A stretch of DNA of 64,000 nt, taken from the NCBI GenBank assembly GCA_963665845.2, contig OY762492.1, positions 224,001-288,000 of the forward strand, given 5' to 3'. The position numbers and the translations under genes are program-made. The stretch's first letter is position 1. Every line of letters begins with the position of its first letter. The stretch is from Candidatus Poribacteria bacterium. Its GTDB lineage: Bacteria; Poribacteria; WGA-4E; GCA-2687025. Positions 1 through 10,783 of this stretch are shown here, in pieces. The notes beneath the pieces are model-generated. The model ran no database searches, was not told the DNA's origin, and worked only from the letters and a program-made list of their open reading frames with translations.

Positions 1-2
1 AT

Positions 3-2714
3 CATGTCAGCTACTCCCAAGACGGACGCATCCTCTTAACCGCAGGGCATGACAAGACAGCGCGGCTATGGAGCGCCGAGCCAGGCGAATTGCGCCTTAC
101 CTTCGGCGATTCTAATAAGCGCGTTCACTCCGCCGTTCTTTCTCCAGACGGCAAAACGGTCGCAACAGGAGCTGACGCCTCTATTGATCTATGGAGCGCC
201 GACACCGGCAAACATCTCCGTACTCTAGTCGGCGATATGCGGCACAGGGGATCTGGAAGAGAGGCGCATACTCTCGCCTATTCGCCGGACGGAAAGCTGC
301 TGGCAAGCGTCAGCGACGGGTCCGATGTACGGATATGGAGCGCCGAGACCGGCGCCCAGCTTCATTATATAAAAGGCATTGCAAGCGGCGGCGTCATGCT
401 GTTTTCGCCCGATAGTCAAACCCTTGTCTGCTCCGGCGGAACCTACTCCCATGTCAACTGGCCCTTAAGGATCGTGGACCCGCAGAAGGGAAAGGTCGTC
501 CGTTCGATCCGCGGCCATACGCGCACGATACTTGCGGGAGCGTTCTCGCCGGACGGAAAAAGGTTTGTCAGCGGAGGAGACGACGCATCGATACGCATCT
601 GGGATTTGGCTGCGGGCGCGCCGCTTCGAATGATCGGAAAGGGTGAAAACCGTCTCCGTCAAACGGTGTACTCGCCGGACGGCAAAATGCTCGTCCAGAC
701 CGCGGACCCGGGAGGCGAAATGTATCCGGATCACATTGAGCTGATCAATATAATGGACTCCGAATCGGGCGCGCTGATTCACACCATCGTAGGACCAGAT
801 ATAAAGAATAACGTTCTAATTTGGGCAATCTATTCGCCGAACAGCGACCAGTTCGCCTGCAAGGATGGCAACGCCATTTGGATATGCAGCGCGGGCGAGC
901 GCAAAGTTCTCCGAACTATCGAAGACCAACAATACGGCGTCTCAACGATCAGCTATTCGCCGGACGGCAAGATTCTCGTCAGCGGAAGCTATGTCGGTCC
1001 CATACAGTTATGGAACCCCGACACAGGCGAGAATATCCGAACGCTTCACGGCCATAACGGCGCGGTAGGCAGCGTTGTGTTTTCCCGCGACGGCCGATAC
1101 ATCGCCTCCGCAGGAAGATACACCGGCGACGTGCGGATTTGGGACGTTGAAACCGGCGAGAATATCCAAACGCTTGAAGGGCATGAGAAATACGCTTACG
1201 CCGCAGGGTTTTCGGCGGACGGGAAACATGTTGTCACTGGAAGCTATCAAGATCACATCGTGCGCATATGGAACGTCAACGCGGGCGCGCTGGAACAAAC
1301 TATCGACAGTAAAGAAAACGATGCCGCAACGTTCGCCTATTCATCCGACCGAAAAGAGATCGCTGTAGCCTATCATGACGGCGGCATCAAGATATGGAGC
1401 ATTGAAAAAGGGATGTTCGTACAAACGCTGAAAGGGCATACAAAATATATATCGGAGCTGACCTATTCTCCCGACGGTCGATTGCTTGTGAGCGGAAGCT
1501 GGGACTACACCGCGCGCGTTTGGGACCTTGACACGGGCAAGACGCTTCACACGTTAAAGACACCTGGCCATTGGTTTGATCATATCGACTTTTTTCCAGA
1601 CAAAGACACGATCGCAACGTATGGGACAACGTCTGTCGTCTCGTTGTGGAGCGCCGAGACGGGCGAGTTTCTCCGCACGATCCCTGAAACCTTACATGAT
1701 GTCCATGCGCTGGCTTATTCGCCGGACGGCGCGGTCATTGCCAGCCACAGCTACAAGTGGCGGACCTGGATGGGCGGCACAATAGACATATGGGGCGCCG
1801 ACGATGGAAAGCGCCTTAGAACGATTCGAGGACATACGGAAGGCGTCCTCTCAATCGCCTTTTCCCTCGACGGAAAACAGGTCGCAAGCGGAGGAAACGA
1901 CGGCAACATCCGGATATGGGACGCAAGCGCCGGCAAGCTTCTCCAGACGATCCATGAGCCGTTCAGCAGAATCTATGAAATGGGCTATTCGCCGGACGGC
2001 AAAACGTTCGCTGCCGCCTCCCGCATGAATAACGGCGGAATTCTAATAATTGACGCCCAAACCGGCGAGCGAATCCGTATGAGCGACCAACGAATTGTCG
2101 GCTACTTTGCCGCGTTTTCGCCGGACAGCTCCATGATGGCGACTGGAGGAACGAAAGAAGAGGGGCGGCTTCGCATATGGGACATGAAGGCGCGCAAAAA
2201 GATCCTCTCAACAGCGAAGGATACGGAAAGGATCGAATCCGCCGCCTTTTCGCCGGACGGCAAATGGATCGCCGCAGGCGGCAGAGACCGGTCGCTGCGC
2301 GTCTGGAGCGTCGAAACGGGCTTACCGGTTCATACGCCTAAAGCGCATCCGAGCTCTGTCTTGTCGGTCGCGTTCTCGCCGGACGGAGAACGGATTGCGA
2401 CCGGATGCAGCGACGCAGGCGTACGGATATGGAGCGCGGTTGATGGAGCCTTTCTCATCTCGGAGCAGATGCATGACCGAGAAGTTCATTGCGTCGCCTA
2501 TTCGCCGGACGGCAAGATTCTCGCCAGCGGAAGCGCCGATCAGACCGTGAGACTCTGGAACGCCCGCAACGGCAAGCCTATCCTGACCTTCGCCGGACAT
2601 ACGGACGAGGTCTCTTCGCTCGCCTTCTCCAGCGACGGCAAGACGCTCGCCAGCGCCAGCTACGACGGGACGGTACTGCTTTGGGATCTTTCCAACCTCC
2701 CTTCCTCCCCTTGA
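3..2714 (+). CDS. WD40 repeat protein (5'-partial, begins upstream of the window)
   Basis: Frame is open from nt 3 (HVSYSQDGRILLTAGHDKTARLW...) into the 90..2714 ORF. About 20 GH...AYSPDG...W repeats. Confidence 0.9.
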   Translation, partial: HVSYSQDGRILLTAGHDKTARLWSAEPGELRLTFGDSNKRVHSAVLSPDGKTVATGADASIDLWSADTGKHLRTLVGDMRHRGSGREAHTLAYSPDGKLLASVSDGSDVRIWSAETGAQLHYIKGIASGGVMLFSPDSQTLVCSGGTYSHVNWPLRIVDPQKGKVVRSIRGHTRTILAGAFSPDGKRFVSGGDDASIRIWDLAAGAPLRMIGKGENRLRQTVYSPDGKMLVQTADPGGEMYPDHIELINIMDSESGALIHTIVGPDIKNNVLIWAIYSPNSDQFACKDGNAIWICSAGERKVLRTIEDQQYGVSTISYSPDGKILVSGSYVGPIQLWNPDTGENIRTLHGHNGAVGSVVFSRDGRYIASAGRYTGDVRIWDVETGENIQTLEGHEKYAYAAGFSADGKHVVTGSYQDHIVRIWNVNAGALEQTIDSKENDAATFAYSSDRKEIAVAYHDGGIKIWSIEKGMFVQTLKGHTKYISELTYSPDGRLLVSGSWDYTARVWDLDTGKTLHTLKTPGHWFDHIDFFPDKDTIATYGTTSVVSLWSAETGEFLRTIPETLHDVHALAYSPDGAVIASHSYKWRTWMGGTIDIWGADDGKRLRTIRGHTEGVLSIAFSLDGKQVASGGNDGNIRIWDASAGKLLQTIHEPFSRIYEMGYSPDGKTFAAASRMNNGGILIIDAQTGERIRMSDQRIVGYFAAFSPDSSMMATGGTKEEGRLRIWDMKARKKILSTAKDTERIESAAFSPDGKWIAAGGRDRSLRVWSVETGLPVHTPKAHPSSVLSVAFSPDGERIATGCSDAGVRIWSAVDGAFLISEQMHDREVHCVAYSPDGKILASGSADQTVRLWNARNGKPILTFAGHTDEVSSLAFSSDGKTLASASYDGTVLLWDLSNLPSSP

Positions 2715-2768
2715 ACGACAGCCCTGTTTTTCTTAAGATAAAGCGTCAGCGCAACAGAGGAGCGGCAC

Positions 2769-4721
2769 ATGCGTCTTACCTACAACAGCCTTTACCGTTG
2801 GATCGGAGCGGCGGCTTTTTTCCTGAGCGTATGGATGCCAACGGTCTATGCGCAGCCTCCTGAACACGCGCGCTGGGGTCTGCCCGACGGAGCCGTACTG
2901 CGCCTCGGAAAGGGCGAATTCAGCGACGTTAAGTTTTCGCCGGACGGAACGCTTGTCGTCGGGAGCCGCATCGGCGTCTGGTTCTACGACGCGGCGGCCG
3001 GCGACGAAACCGCGTTCATCCCTTCCTTTAAAAGCGGCGTCGGAGAAATAGCGATTTCGCCGGACGGGCGGACCATCGCAACGAATGGACGAACCATACA
3101 ACTTTGGGACGTCCAAACAGGCGAGCCGCTTCATCCGCTGGATCCCCCGATCAACCGCATCAGCAGTATCGCGTATTCGCCGCTCGGAGACGTTTTGGCG
3201 GGAGGCGGATGGGATCGTTCCGTACGAATATGGGACCCGGGCGCTGGAAAGCTGCAGCGGACGATGATGAAACATGCGAAAGAGGTGAGAGCGGTCGCGT
3301 TTTCTCCCGACGGCAAGCTCCTCGCCAGCGGAAGCGCCGACGACACCATCAGCCTATGGAATCCAGAAACCGGCCAACATCTGCAACGGCTTACCGGACA
3401 TACGGGCGAAGTTGCCTCTATCGCGTTCTCGCCGGACGGCAAAACGCTCGCCAGCGCAGGCGACAATGAGAAAAACTCCATCCGCATCTGGGATGTCGGC
3501 GGAGGGGCGCCGCTCCGAACTCTCAAGGGCGTTCGGGTCTATACGCACATCAAAGCCCTCGCGTATTCACCAGACGGCTCCCTTCTTGTAAGCGCAGAAA
3601 CTCAATCGCACAGCCCCATTCGCATCTGGGATCCTCATACAGGCGATCTGCTGCGAGTCGTCGGACCGCCGGGCTTGGAGGCGTTTTCGCTGGCGTATTC
3701 GCCCGACGGCAAAATGCTCGCCGCCGGCGATGTGTTCCGCGACGATTCAATTCATATATGGAACGCGATATCGGGCGCGGGGATTCGAACCATCAAAGGG
3801 CATTCAGCGCGAATCGAAGCGATGGCGTATTCTCCAAACGGCGACACGGTCGCCTGCCTTACCTACAGCGGCGCGATACGCATATGGAGCGCCAAAACAG
3901 GCGCCCTTCAGTATATTCGAAAACCCCGCCAAAGACGGATCAATTCCATCGCCTACTCGCCGGACGGCAAAAGCCTTGCCGGCGGCGACTCGGGCGGAAA
4001 TCCGACCAGTAAAGACGGCATCTGGATATGGAACGTCGAAACAGGCAAGATCCAACAAACGCTGCCGAAGCAAGAAAACTATATCACAGCGCTGGCGTAT
4101 TCGCCGGACGGCAGAGCCATCGCCGCCGGCGCCTCGCCTGACGGACCCAACTATCTGATTCGGGTCTGGGACGTTCAAACAAAAAAACTGCTCTTCAATT
4201 CCATACCCGTATCTAGACAGATCAACTCCATCGCCTACTCGTCAGACGGAAAAACGATCGTCTGCGGAAACGCAGAGGGAACGGTCATGACGCTGGACGC
4301 GAACGGCGGCGCTGTTCTCCAAACGCATAAAGGACACGCGGGCGACGTCTACTCCGTCGCATTCTCGCCAGACAACAAAACGATCGCCAGCGCGGGCAAG
4401 GACGGAGCGGTCATGTTATGGGAAGCGGAAGGCGGAAAAATAACCAGAATGCTTAGAGCGAACTCATCCGCCATTCGATCCGCTCAATACGCGCCGGACG
4501 GCAAAACGATCGCCAGCGGCGGCAAAGACGGGATCGCGCGCATTTGGAACGCAAACGCGGGGGTTGAACTGGGAACGTTCACAGGACATACGGGCGAACT
4601 GGTCTCGGTCGCGTTCTCGCCGGACGGCAAAACGCTCGCCAGCGCCAGCGAAGACGGGACGGTACTGCTCTGGCGGGTCTCAGACATGCGCCCCTCCGCC
4701 CCTCATAGCCTGTCCCCGTGA
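2769..4721 (+). CDS. Secreted WD40 repeat protein
   Basis: RBS AGAGGAG, signal peptide ending VYA-Q, ARWGLPDGAVLRLGKG motif, about 14 WD40 repeats. Confidence 0.9.
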   Translation: MRLTYNSLYRWIGAAAFFLSVWMPTVYAQPPEHARWGLPDGAVLRLGKGEFSDVKFSPDGTLVVGSRIGVWFYDAAAGDETAFIPSFKSGVGEIAISPDGRTIATNGRTIQLWDVQTGEPLHPLDPPINRISSIAYSPLGDVLAGGGWDRSVRIWDPGAGKLQRTMMKHAKEVRAVAFSPDGKLLASGSADDTISLWNPETGQHLQRLTGHTGEVASIAFSPDGKTLASAGDNEKNSIRIWDVGGGAPLRTLKGVRVYTHIKALAYSPDGSLLVSAETQSHSPIRIWDPHTGDLLRVVGPPGLEAFSLAYSPDGKMLAAGDVFRDDSIHIWNAISGAGIRTIKGHSARIEAMAYSPNGDTVACLTYSGAIRIWSAKTGALQYIRKPRQRRINSIAYSPDGKSLAGGDSGGNPTSKDGIWIWNVETGKIQQTLPKQENYITALAYSPDGRAIAAGASPDGPNYLIRVWDVQTKKLLFNSIPVSRQINSIAYSSDGKTIVCGNAEGTVMTLDANGGAVLQTHKGHAGDVYSVAFSPDNKTIASAGKDGAVMLWEAEGGKITRMLRANSSAIRSAQYAPDGKTIASGGKDGIARIWNANAGVELGTFTGHTGELVSVAFSPDGKTLASASEDGTVLLWRVSDMRPSAPHSLSP

Positions 4722-4730
4722 AAACGGGGC

Positions 4731-4844
4731 CATTCCCGCCCCCTTCTCCGCGTCATTCTCGCCCCCTTCTCCGCGTCATTCTCGCCCCCTTCTCCGCGTC
4801 ATTCCCGCCCCCTTCTCCGCGTCATTCCAGCGTAAGCGGGAATC
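4731..4844. repeat. Four 23-bp tandem repeats ending in a REP-like palindrome
   Basis: CATTC(C/T)CGCCCCCTTCTCCGCGT at 4731, 4754, 4777 and 4800, then GTCATTCCAGCGTAAGCGGGAATC at 4821-4844. Confidence 0.9.
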
Positions 4845-4961
4845 TTAGGCGCCGCAGGCGCTGTCCGCGCCCGCGGAAACCCCCGCAGCCCTCCTTTCAA
4901 GGGGGAGTCTAGAAACCCGCGCCCTCTTCAGGGGCGGGAATCTTAGCCCAGCGCATCCCCC

Positions 4962-4990
4962 TTGACTTCCAGCTCCGATGTCCATACACT
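4962..4990 (+). promoter_or_regulatory. Putative sigma70 promoter
   Basis: TTGACT-17 nt-TACACT upstream of the 5021 gene. Confidence 0.55.
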
Positions 4991-5020
4991 CATGCAACAA
5001 GATCAACGCGAGGAAAGCAG

Positions 5021-7555
5021 ATGAACGCAACCCGTAGACTCCCGCTTCGTTGGACGGCGGCATGGCTCTTGACGCTGTGCGCCGCCGCCGTTTCCGCGCA
5101 GACGCAAACGCCCCAGCAGATCGCCCAAAAAGCGTTCGCGTCAACGGTTCTGGTCGTCACGGAAAACGCGGAAGGCGAAACCGCCGGCGTCGGCAGCGGC
5201 TTCTTTGTACGAAGCGGACTCATCGCCACGAACCGGCATGTGATCAACGAAGCGGCGGTCATCCGCGTCCGGCTGGTGAACCAGGACCGGCTCCACCGCG
5301 TCGACTCGGTCGCCGCGCAGGACGAGGAGAAAGACCTGGCGCTGCTGCGCGTCTCCTCGTTGAACGCGCCCGCCCTGCCCCTCGGCGACAGCGACCAGCT
5401 CCAGGTCGGCGAAACGATCTATGCGGTCGGCAACCCGATCGGGTTCCTAGAAGGCACCTTCTCCAACGGGCTGGTGAGCGGCATCCGCAACCTGCCCGAC
5501 AGCAAACTGATACAGATGACCGCGCCCATCTCGGAGGGGAGCAGCGGCGGGCCCGTGTTGAACGCTAAGGGGGAGGTTATCGGCGTTTCTGTCGGCGCTA
5601 TTGAGATTGGCCAAAATCTGAACTTTGCTGTACCTTCAAATGCTCTGAAAAAGCTGATGGAGAGAGTCCGTCGCCCGAATCTTGTTGTTCCGACGCCCCG
5701 CCCAAAACCCGCCGCTTCGCCCGACCGCTTCGCAAATTACATGCAATGGGGACTGCCAAAAGGAGCTAAAGCCCGCCTCGGTAAAGGATCGGCTAAAGCA
5801 ATCGCATATTCGCATGATGGCAAGATGCTTGCAGTCGGCGGGAGTCTCGGTATGTGGCTATACGACGCGCAGACTAGCGAGGAAGTTGGCTTGCTTATGG
5901 GCCACACAGGCGAAATTAGAGATGTTGCATTTTCTTCGGACAGCCGGACCATCGTTAGCGGAAGCGACGACCGTACGGTTCGTATCTGGGATGCAGCCAC
6001 GAGGAAATTGCTTCGAACGCTCACGGGACATGCAGGCAGGATATGGTCTGTGGATTATTCTCCGGATGGAGAATCTATCGTAAGCGGGGATGGCAGGGGC
6101 GAAATTAAAATTTGGAGTGCTGATACGGGCGACCTTATTCAAACGCTTACAGGGCATAAAGGCATTGTCGCGTGTGTTGCGTACTCTCCAGATGGTCAAA
6201 CTATCGTAAGCGGAAGTTGGGATAAAACAATCCAAATTTGGAACGCCAAGACAGGCGCGCTTCTCCGAATTCTTTCGAGGGATTTCGGGGGCGTCTATTC
6301 TGTAGCGTATTCTGCTGACGGGCAGGCTATCGTAAGCGGAAGTTGGGACAAAACAATTCGAATTTGGAACGCCAAGACAGGCGCGCTTCTTCAAACTCTC
6401 GATGGACATACAAACTGGGTTTCGTCCGTGACGTATTCACCGGACGGTCTGAACATTGCCAGCGGAGGCAGAGACGGTACGATTCGAATTTGGAACGCCC
6501 GTAGTGGCGCGCTTATAAGAACGCTCACAGGATATACAAACTCTGTCGAATCTGTGGCGTATTCACCAGATGGCCGGACGCTCGCCAGTAGCGGCGACGG
6601 TTCGATTCGAATTTGGAACGCCCGTAGTGGCGCGCTTATGAGAACGTTCACAGGATATACAAACTCTGTCGAATCTGTGGCGTATTCACCAGATGGCCGG
6701 ACGCTCGCCAGCAGCAGCGGCGACGGTTCGATTCGAATATGGAACGCGCAAACTGCAGGCGTACTCCGGACGATCACAGGACATACGGCTAGGATCTATT
6801 CCGTAGCATATTCTCCGGACAGCAGCGCTATTGCGAGTGCCAGCGGCGACGGTTCGATTCGAATATGGAACGTGCAAACTGGAGGGCTATTCCGGACGAT
6901 CACAGGACATAAGGGATTGGTCATTTCCGTCGCATATTCTCCGGACGGTCAGACTATTGCCAGCGGCAGTGGGGACAAGACGGTTCGGGTATGGAACGCG
7001 CAGACAGGGTCGCCTCTCCGGACGCTCACGGGACATACGAACGGGGTTACTTCCGTGGCGTATTCACCGGACGGTCGGACGCTCGCCAGCGGCGGCTATG
7101 ATAACACAATTCGGATTTGGGGCGCGCAGACAGGGGAGCATTTCCGAACACTCACCAGGCATGACAACGTCTCTGAGGAGCATTTTCGAACATTCACCAG
7201 CCATGACAACATCTTATCCGTGGCGTATTCACCGGGCGGTCGGACGCTCGCCAGCGGAAGCGTGGACGGCAAGATACGCCTCTGGAACGCATGGACCGAG
7301 ACACATCTCCGAACTATATCTGATCATACGGGCAATGTCCGTTCCGTAGCGTATTCGCCGGACGGTCGGACGCTCGCCAGCGGAAGCGTGGACGGCAAGA
7401 TACGCCTCTGGAACGCACAGACAGGGGCGCTTCTTCGAACGCTCAACGGGCATATGTACATGATCAAGTCCGTGGGATACTCCCCGGACGGTTGGACGCT
7501 AGCCAGCGGAAGCGTGGACGGCACAATTTTGCTTTGGGACGTCTCAAGCCCGTAA
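5021..7555 (+). CDS. Secreted trypsin-like serine protease fused to WD40 repeats
   Basis: Signal peptide (VSA-Q); triad motifs ATNRHV, KDLALL, EGSSGGP; MQWGLPKGAKARLGKG followed by about 14 WD40 repeats. Confidence 0.9.
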   Translation: MNATRRLPLRWTAAWLLTLCAAAVSAQTQTPQQIAQKAFASTVLVVTENAEGETAGVGSGFFVRSGLIATNRHVINEAAVIRVRLVNQDRLHRVDSVAAQDEEKDLALLRVSSLNAPALPLGDSDQLQVGETIYAVGNPIGFLEGTFSNGLVSGIRNLPDSKLIQMTAPISEGSSGGPVLNAKGEVIGVSVGAIEIGQNLNFAVPSNALKKLMERVRRPNLVVPTPRPKPAASPDRFANYMQWGLPKGAKARLGKGSAKAIAYSHDGKMLAVGGSLGMWLYDAQTSEEVGLLMGHTGEIRDVAFSSDSRTIVSGSDDRTVRIWDAATRKLLRTLTGHAGRIWSVDYSPDGESIVSGDGRGEIKIWSADTGDLIQTLTGHKGIVACVAYSPDGQTIVSGSWDKTIQIWNAKTGALLRILSRDFGGVYSVAYSADGQAIVSGSWDKTIRIWNAKTGALLQTLDGHTNWVSSVTYSPDGLNIASGGRDGTIRIWNARSGALIRTLTGYTNSVESVAYSPDGRTLASSGDGSIRIWNARSGALMRTFTGYTNSVESVAYSPDGRTLASSSGDGSIRIWNAQTAGVLRTITGHTARIYSVAYSPDSSAIASASGDGSIRIWNVQTGGLFRTITGHKGLVISVAYSPDGQTIASGSGDKTVRVWNAQTGSPLRTLTGHTNGVTSVAYSPDGRTLASGGYDNTIRIWGAQTGEHFRTLTRHDNVSEEHFRTFTSHDNILSVAYSPGGRTLASGSVDGKIRLWNAWTETHLRTISDHTGNVRSVAYSPDGRTLASGSVDGKIRLWNAQTGALLRTLNGHMYMIKSVGYSPDGWTLASGSVDGTILLWDVSSP

Positions 7556-7605
7556 TCACAATAAGCCCGCCTAGATTCCGTCAGAATAATTTGACTTTGA
7601 GCGAG

Positions 7606-7631
7606 ACCGCCCTGTACATGTACAGGGCGGT
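7606..7631. promoter_or_regulatory. Perfect 26-bp palindrome, possible operator
   Basis: ACCGCCCTGTACA|TGTACAGGGCGGT just downstream of TTGACT (7591) and upstream of the 7659 gene. Confidence 0.4.
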
Positions 7632-7658
7632 GTATGAATCAAAGAAAGGAGTTCGCCC

Positions 7659-9871
7659 ATGCACACTCTAAGCGCACCGGATATCGCCGAAAGAGCCTTA
7701 CGCTCAACCGTTTTCATTTGGACGGAAAACGGAACAGGTAGTGGGTTTTTTGTCCGGATGGACTCATCGCTACCAACTTCCATGTCATTAAGGGGGGTAA
7801 AGACGTTTATGTCAGGCTCATTGACCAGCCCAACTACCGCTTGATTGACGGTATTGCCGCCCAAGACTTCGTAAACGACCTAGCCATTCTTCGAGTGTCC
7901 TCGTTAGAGGCGCCGTCTCTCCCGCTTGGTGACAGCGATAAACTTCGTCGTGGCGATAAAGTGTACGCTATGGGTAGCCCTATGGGTCTCGAAGGGACTT
8001 TTTCGGATGGGATTGTCAGTAGAATAGACGACACTCAGAGCAGAAAGCGGATTCAGATGACCGCTTCCATATCGCACGGCAGCAGTGGCGGCCCTGTCCT
8101 GAATGAACAAGGAGAAGTGGTCGGGGTTTCCGTTTCGACTCGCCTTGGAGGACAAAATCTCAATTTCGCTGTTCCATCGAATGATTTAAAATTGCTCATC
8201 GACCAAATTGAGCGCGTTCAAATCATACCGCGTTTAATTATACCCGCTAAAAGTGGAGGCATCAATAGAATAGCATATTCGCCGGGGCGTCGTGTGCTTG
8301 CGGCTGCTGGCAACGCCGGCGTCTGGATATACGACATAGAAACAGGCGCAAAATCTATACTGCTCAATGGGCATGCAGGTAGCGTTTTTTCCATCGCGTA
8401 TTCACCGGACGATCGTATCTTTGTCAGCGGAGGCAATGATGGCACACTACTGCTCTGGGATGCGCAGACTGGATCGCACCTGAGAACGCTGGCGGGACAT
8501 GCATCTCCGATCTATTGCGTCGCATTTTCTCCCGACGGGCAGACTCTAGCCAGCGGGAGCTTTGACAACACAATACGGCTCTGGGATGCGCAAACTGGAT
8601 CGTATCTAAAAACACTGGCAGGCCATACGAGGGCAGTCTATTGCGTCGCGTTTTCTCCGGACGGACAGACTTTGGCCAGCGGGAGCTTTGACAACACAAT
8701 ACGGCTTTGGAACATGCAAACTGGATCGTATCAAAATACTCTGACTGGACATACCAAAGCGGTTGATTACGTGGAATTTTCTCCCGACGGGCAGACTCTG
8801 GTCACCTGGAGCTTTGACAGCACAATTCGTCTGTGGAACTCCGATACGGGCGCACATGTAAAAACGGTGGATAGAGATGCGACTATTTCTAACCCGATAG
8901 GACATTCATTGGACGGTCGAATCATCGCCAGCTGGCGCGATGACAAAATTCGACTACGGGATGCGCATACCGGGCAGATAAAAGATCTGGAAAGATACAC
9001 AGCCCCCGTTTATTCCGTCGCGTATTCTCCGGACAATCGAATTCTCGTTAGCGGAGGTGGCAACAGCAGCGTTTATTTATGGGATGCCAGCGCCGGACAA
9101 CAGATAGAAGCCTTGGCGGGACATACAGGTCCTGTCAGCTCGGTGGCATATTCTCCAGACGGTCGAACCATCGCTAGCGGAAGCTTTGACAGCACGATTT
9201 GGCTGTGGGATGCACAGAATCGTGCGGCTAAAATGCCGTTGATCGGACATGCAAACTGGATCACTTCGGTCGTATATTCTCCGGACGGCCAAACTCTCGC
9301 GAGCGCAAGCAATGATGGAACGATTTTGATCTGGGACGCAAACGCTGGACTATGTCAAAAAATCCTTGTGGGACATGCGTCGGCTGTCAATTGCCTTGCA
9401 TTTTCACCGTGCGGACGCTTCATCGCTAGCGCAAGCTATGATAATACGGTCCGACTGTGGAATGTGCTAACCGGTCAACTTGTAAAAACCACAACATTTC
9501 ACTCAGATCTGGTCTTGTCGGTGGCATATTCTCCAAAAGGTCGGACTCTCGCCAGCGCAAGCCGCGACGGTACGATCCTACTGTCGAATCTGGCTACAGG
9601 ACAGGTTGAAACAATATGGCAAGGCAGTGGGTCTCATGCCTTTTCTGTTGCGTACTCTCCGGACGGGCAAACTCTTGCTTGTGGAAATAGCGATGGGAAA
9701 ATCTTGCTATGGGACGTACAATCCAGACGACTGATTACGACTTTTACAGGGCATACCAAGTGGGTACCTTCGTTGATTTTTTTGTCTGATGGTCGGACTC
9801 TTGCCAGCGGCAGCGGTGATGGGACGATCCTGCTTTGGGACATCCCACATGATAGGTTAAGACTGCGCTGA
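7659..9871 (+). pseudogene. Trypsin-like protease-WD40 gene with a frameshift near 7755
   Basis: 7659 ORF (RBS AAGGAG) gives ...GTGSGFFVR. The -1 frame continues DGLIATNFHVI...NDLAIL...HGSSGGP into the 7841..9871 ORF, collinear with the 5021 paralog. Confidence 0.8.
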
Positions 9872-10783
9872 CAGAATCTCCCCCGCCCGCCCCACATCCA
9901 CCCGCATCTGCTCAATCAGCGCCTCGGCGTTTTCAAAGCGCAGCTCATCGCGCAGCTTGGCGACCGGCGCGACCTCCATCTCTTTCCCGTACAGGTTGCC
10001 GTCAAAGTCGAGCAGGTGCGCCTCCAGTTTCCGCTCCTTGCCGTCAAATGTCGGGCGGACGCCCAGGCTCGCCGCCGCCCTATAGCGCCGTCCGTCCGCC
10101 GTCGCCCATGCCGCATAGACGCCGTCCGGCGGCAGCTGCAGATCGCCGTAATCGATGTTCGCTGTCGGGAAGCCGAGCTTCCGCCCCCGCTTGTCCCCCT
10201 TGACGACCCGCCCCGACACGCTATATGTCCGCCCCAGCAGCCGCGCCGCCTCCTCAAGCCGTCCGCGCCGGACGGCATCCCGCGCGCGTGTGCTGCTGAC
10301 CGGCAGCCCTTCGTCCATCGCCGGCTCCGCGAGATGCGCCTCATACCCGAACCGCGCCGCCCCGTCCCGTATCGTTTCAAGGTTTCCCCGCCCCATATGT
10401 CCGAAGCGAACGTCGGTTCCGGTCACGATGCCGCGCGCCTGAAACGCCCCCGCCAGGCGCGCCAAAAACGTTTCCGCCGATGTGGTCCGCATGCGTTCGT
10501 CAAAACGCCCGACCGCCGCCAGGTCGATTCCAAACTTTTTCAGCAGCGCGAGCGTCTGCGCTTCGGTTGTCAAGGAAGGGGGGCATCGCTCCGGCGCGAT
10601 CAAACGGAGCGGGTTCGGCCGCAGGAACAGAACCGCCGAGTCGAGACCCGCCTGTTTCGCCCTCTCCTTGACGACGCGCAGAACCGCTTGATGTCCGCGA
10701 TGCATTCCGTCAAACTTGCCGAACGCGAGAACGCATCCGCGCTCCATCGGCGCGTCTGTCCAGAACCCGTCCAGTACTCTCAC
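9857..10783 (-). CDS. ribF: Bifunctional riboflavin kinase/FAD synthetase
   Basis: FGKFDGMHRGH, VSSTRAR, GFPTANI, LEAHLLDF. GTG start overlaps the truB stop (GTGA). Confidence 0.93.
   Translation of the reverse strand: MRVLDGFWTDAPMERGCVLAFGKFDGMHRGHQAVLRVVKERAKQAGLDSAVLFLRPNPLRLIAPERCPPSLTTEAQTLALLKKFGIDLAAVGRFDERMRTTSAETFLARLAGAFQARGIVTGTDVRFGHMGRGNLETIRDGAARFGYEAHLAEPAMDEGLPVSSTRARDAVRRGRLEEAARLLGRTYSVSGRVVKGDKRGRKLGFPTANIDYGDLQLPPDGVYAAWATADGRRYRAAASLGVRPTFDGKERKLEAHLLDFDGNLYGKEMEVAPVAKLRDELRFENAEALIEQMRVDVGRAGEILSAQS

Noticed and set aside
4731-4822. Possible CRISPR array
   Set aside because: The 23-bp units are contiguous with no unique spacers, and no cas genes are in the window.
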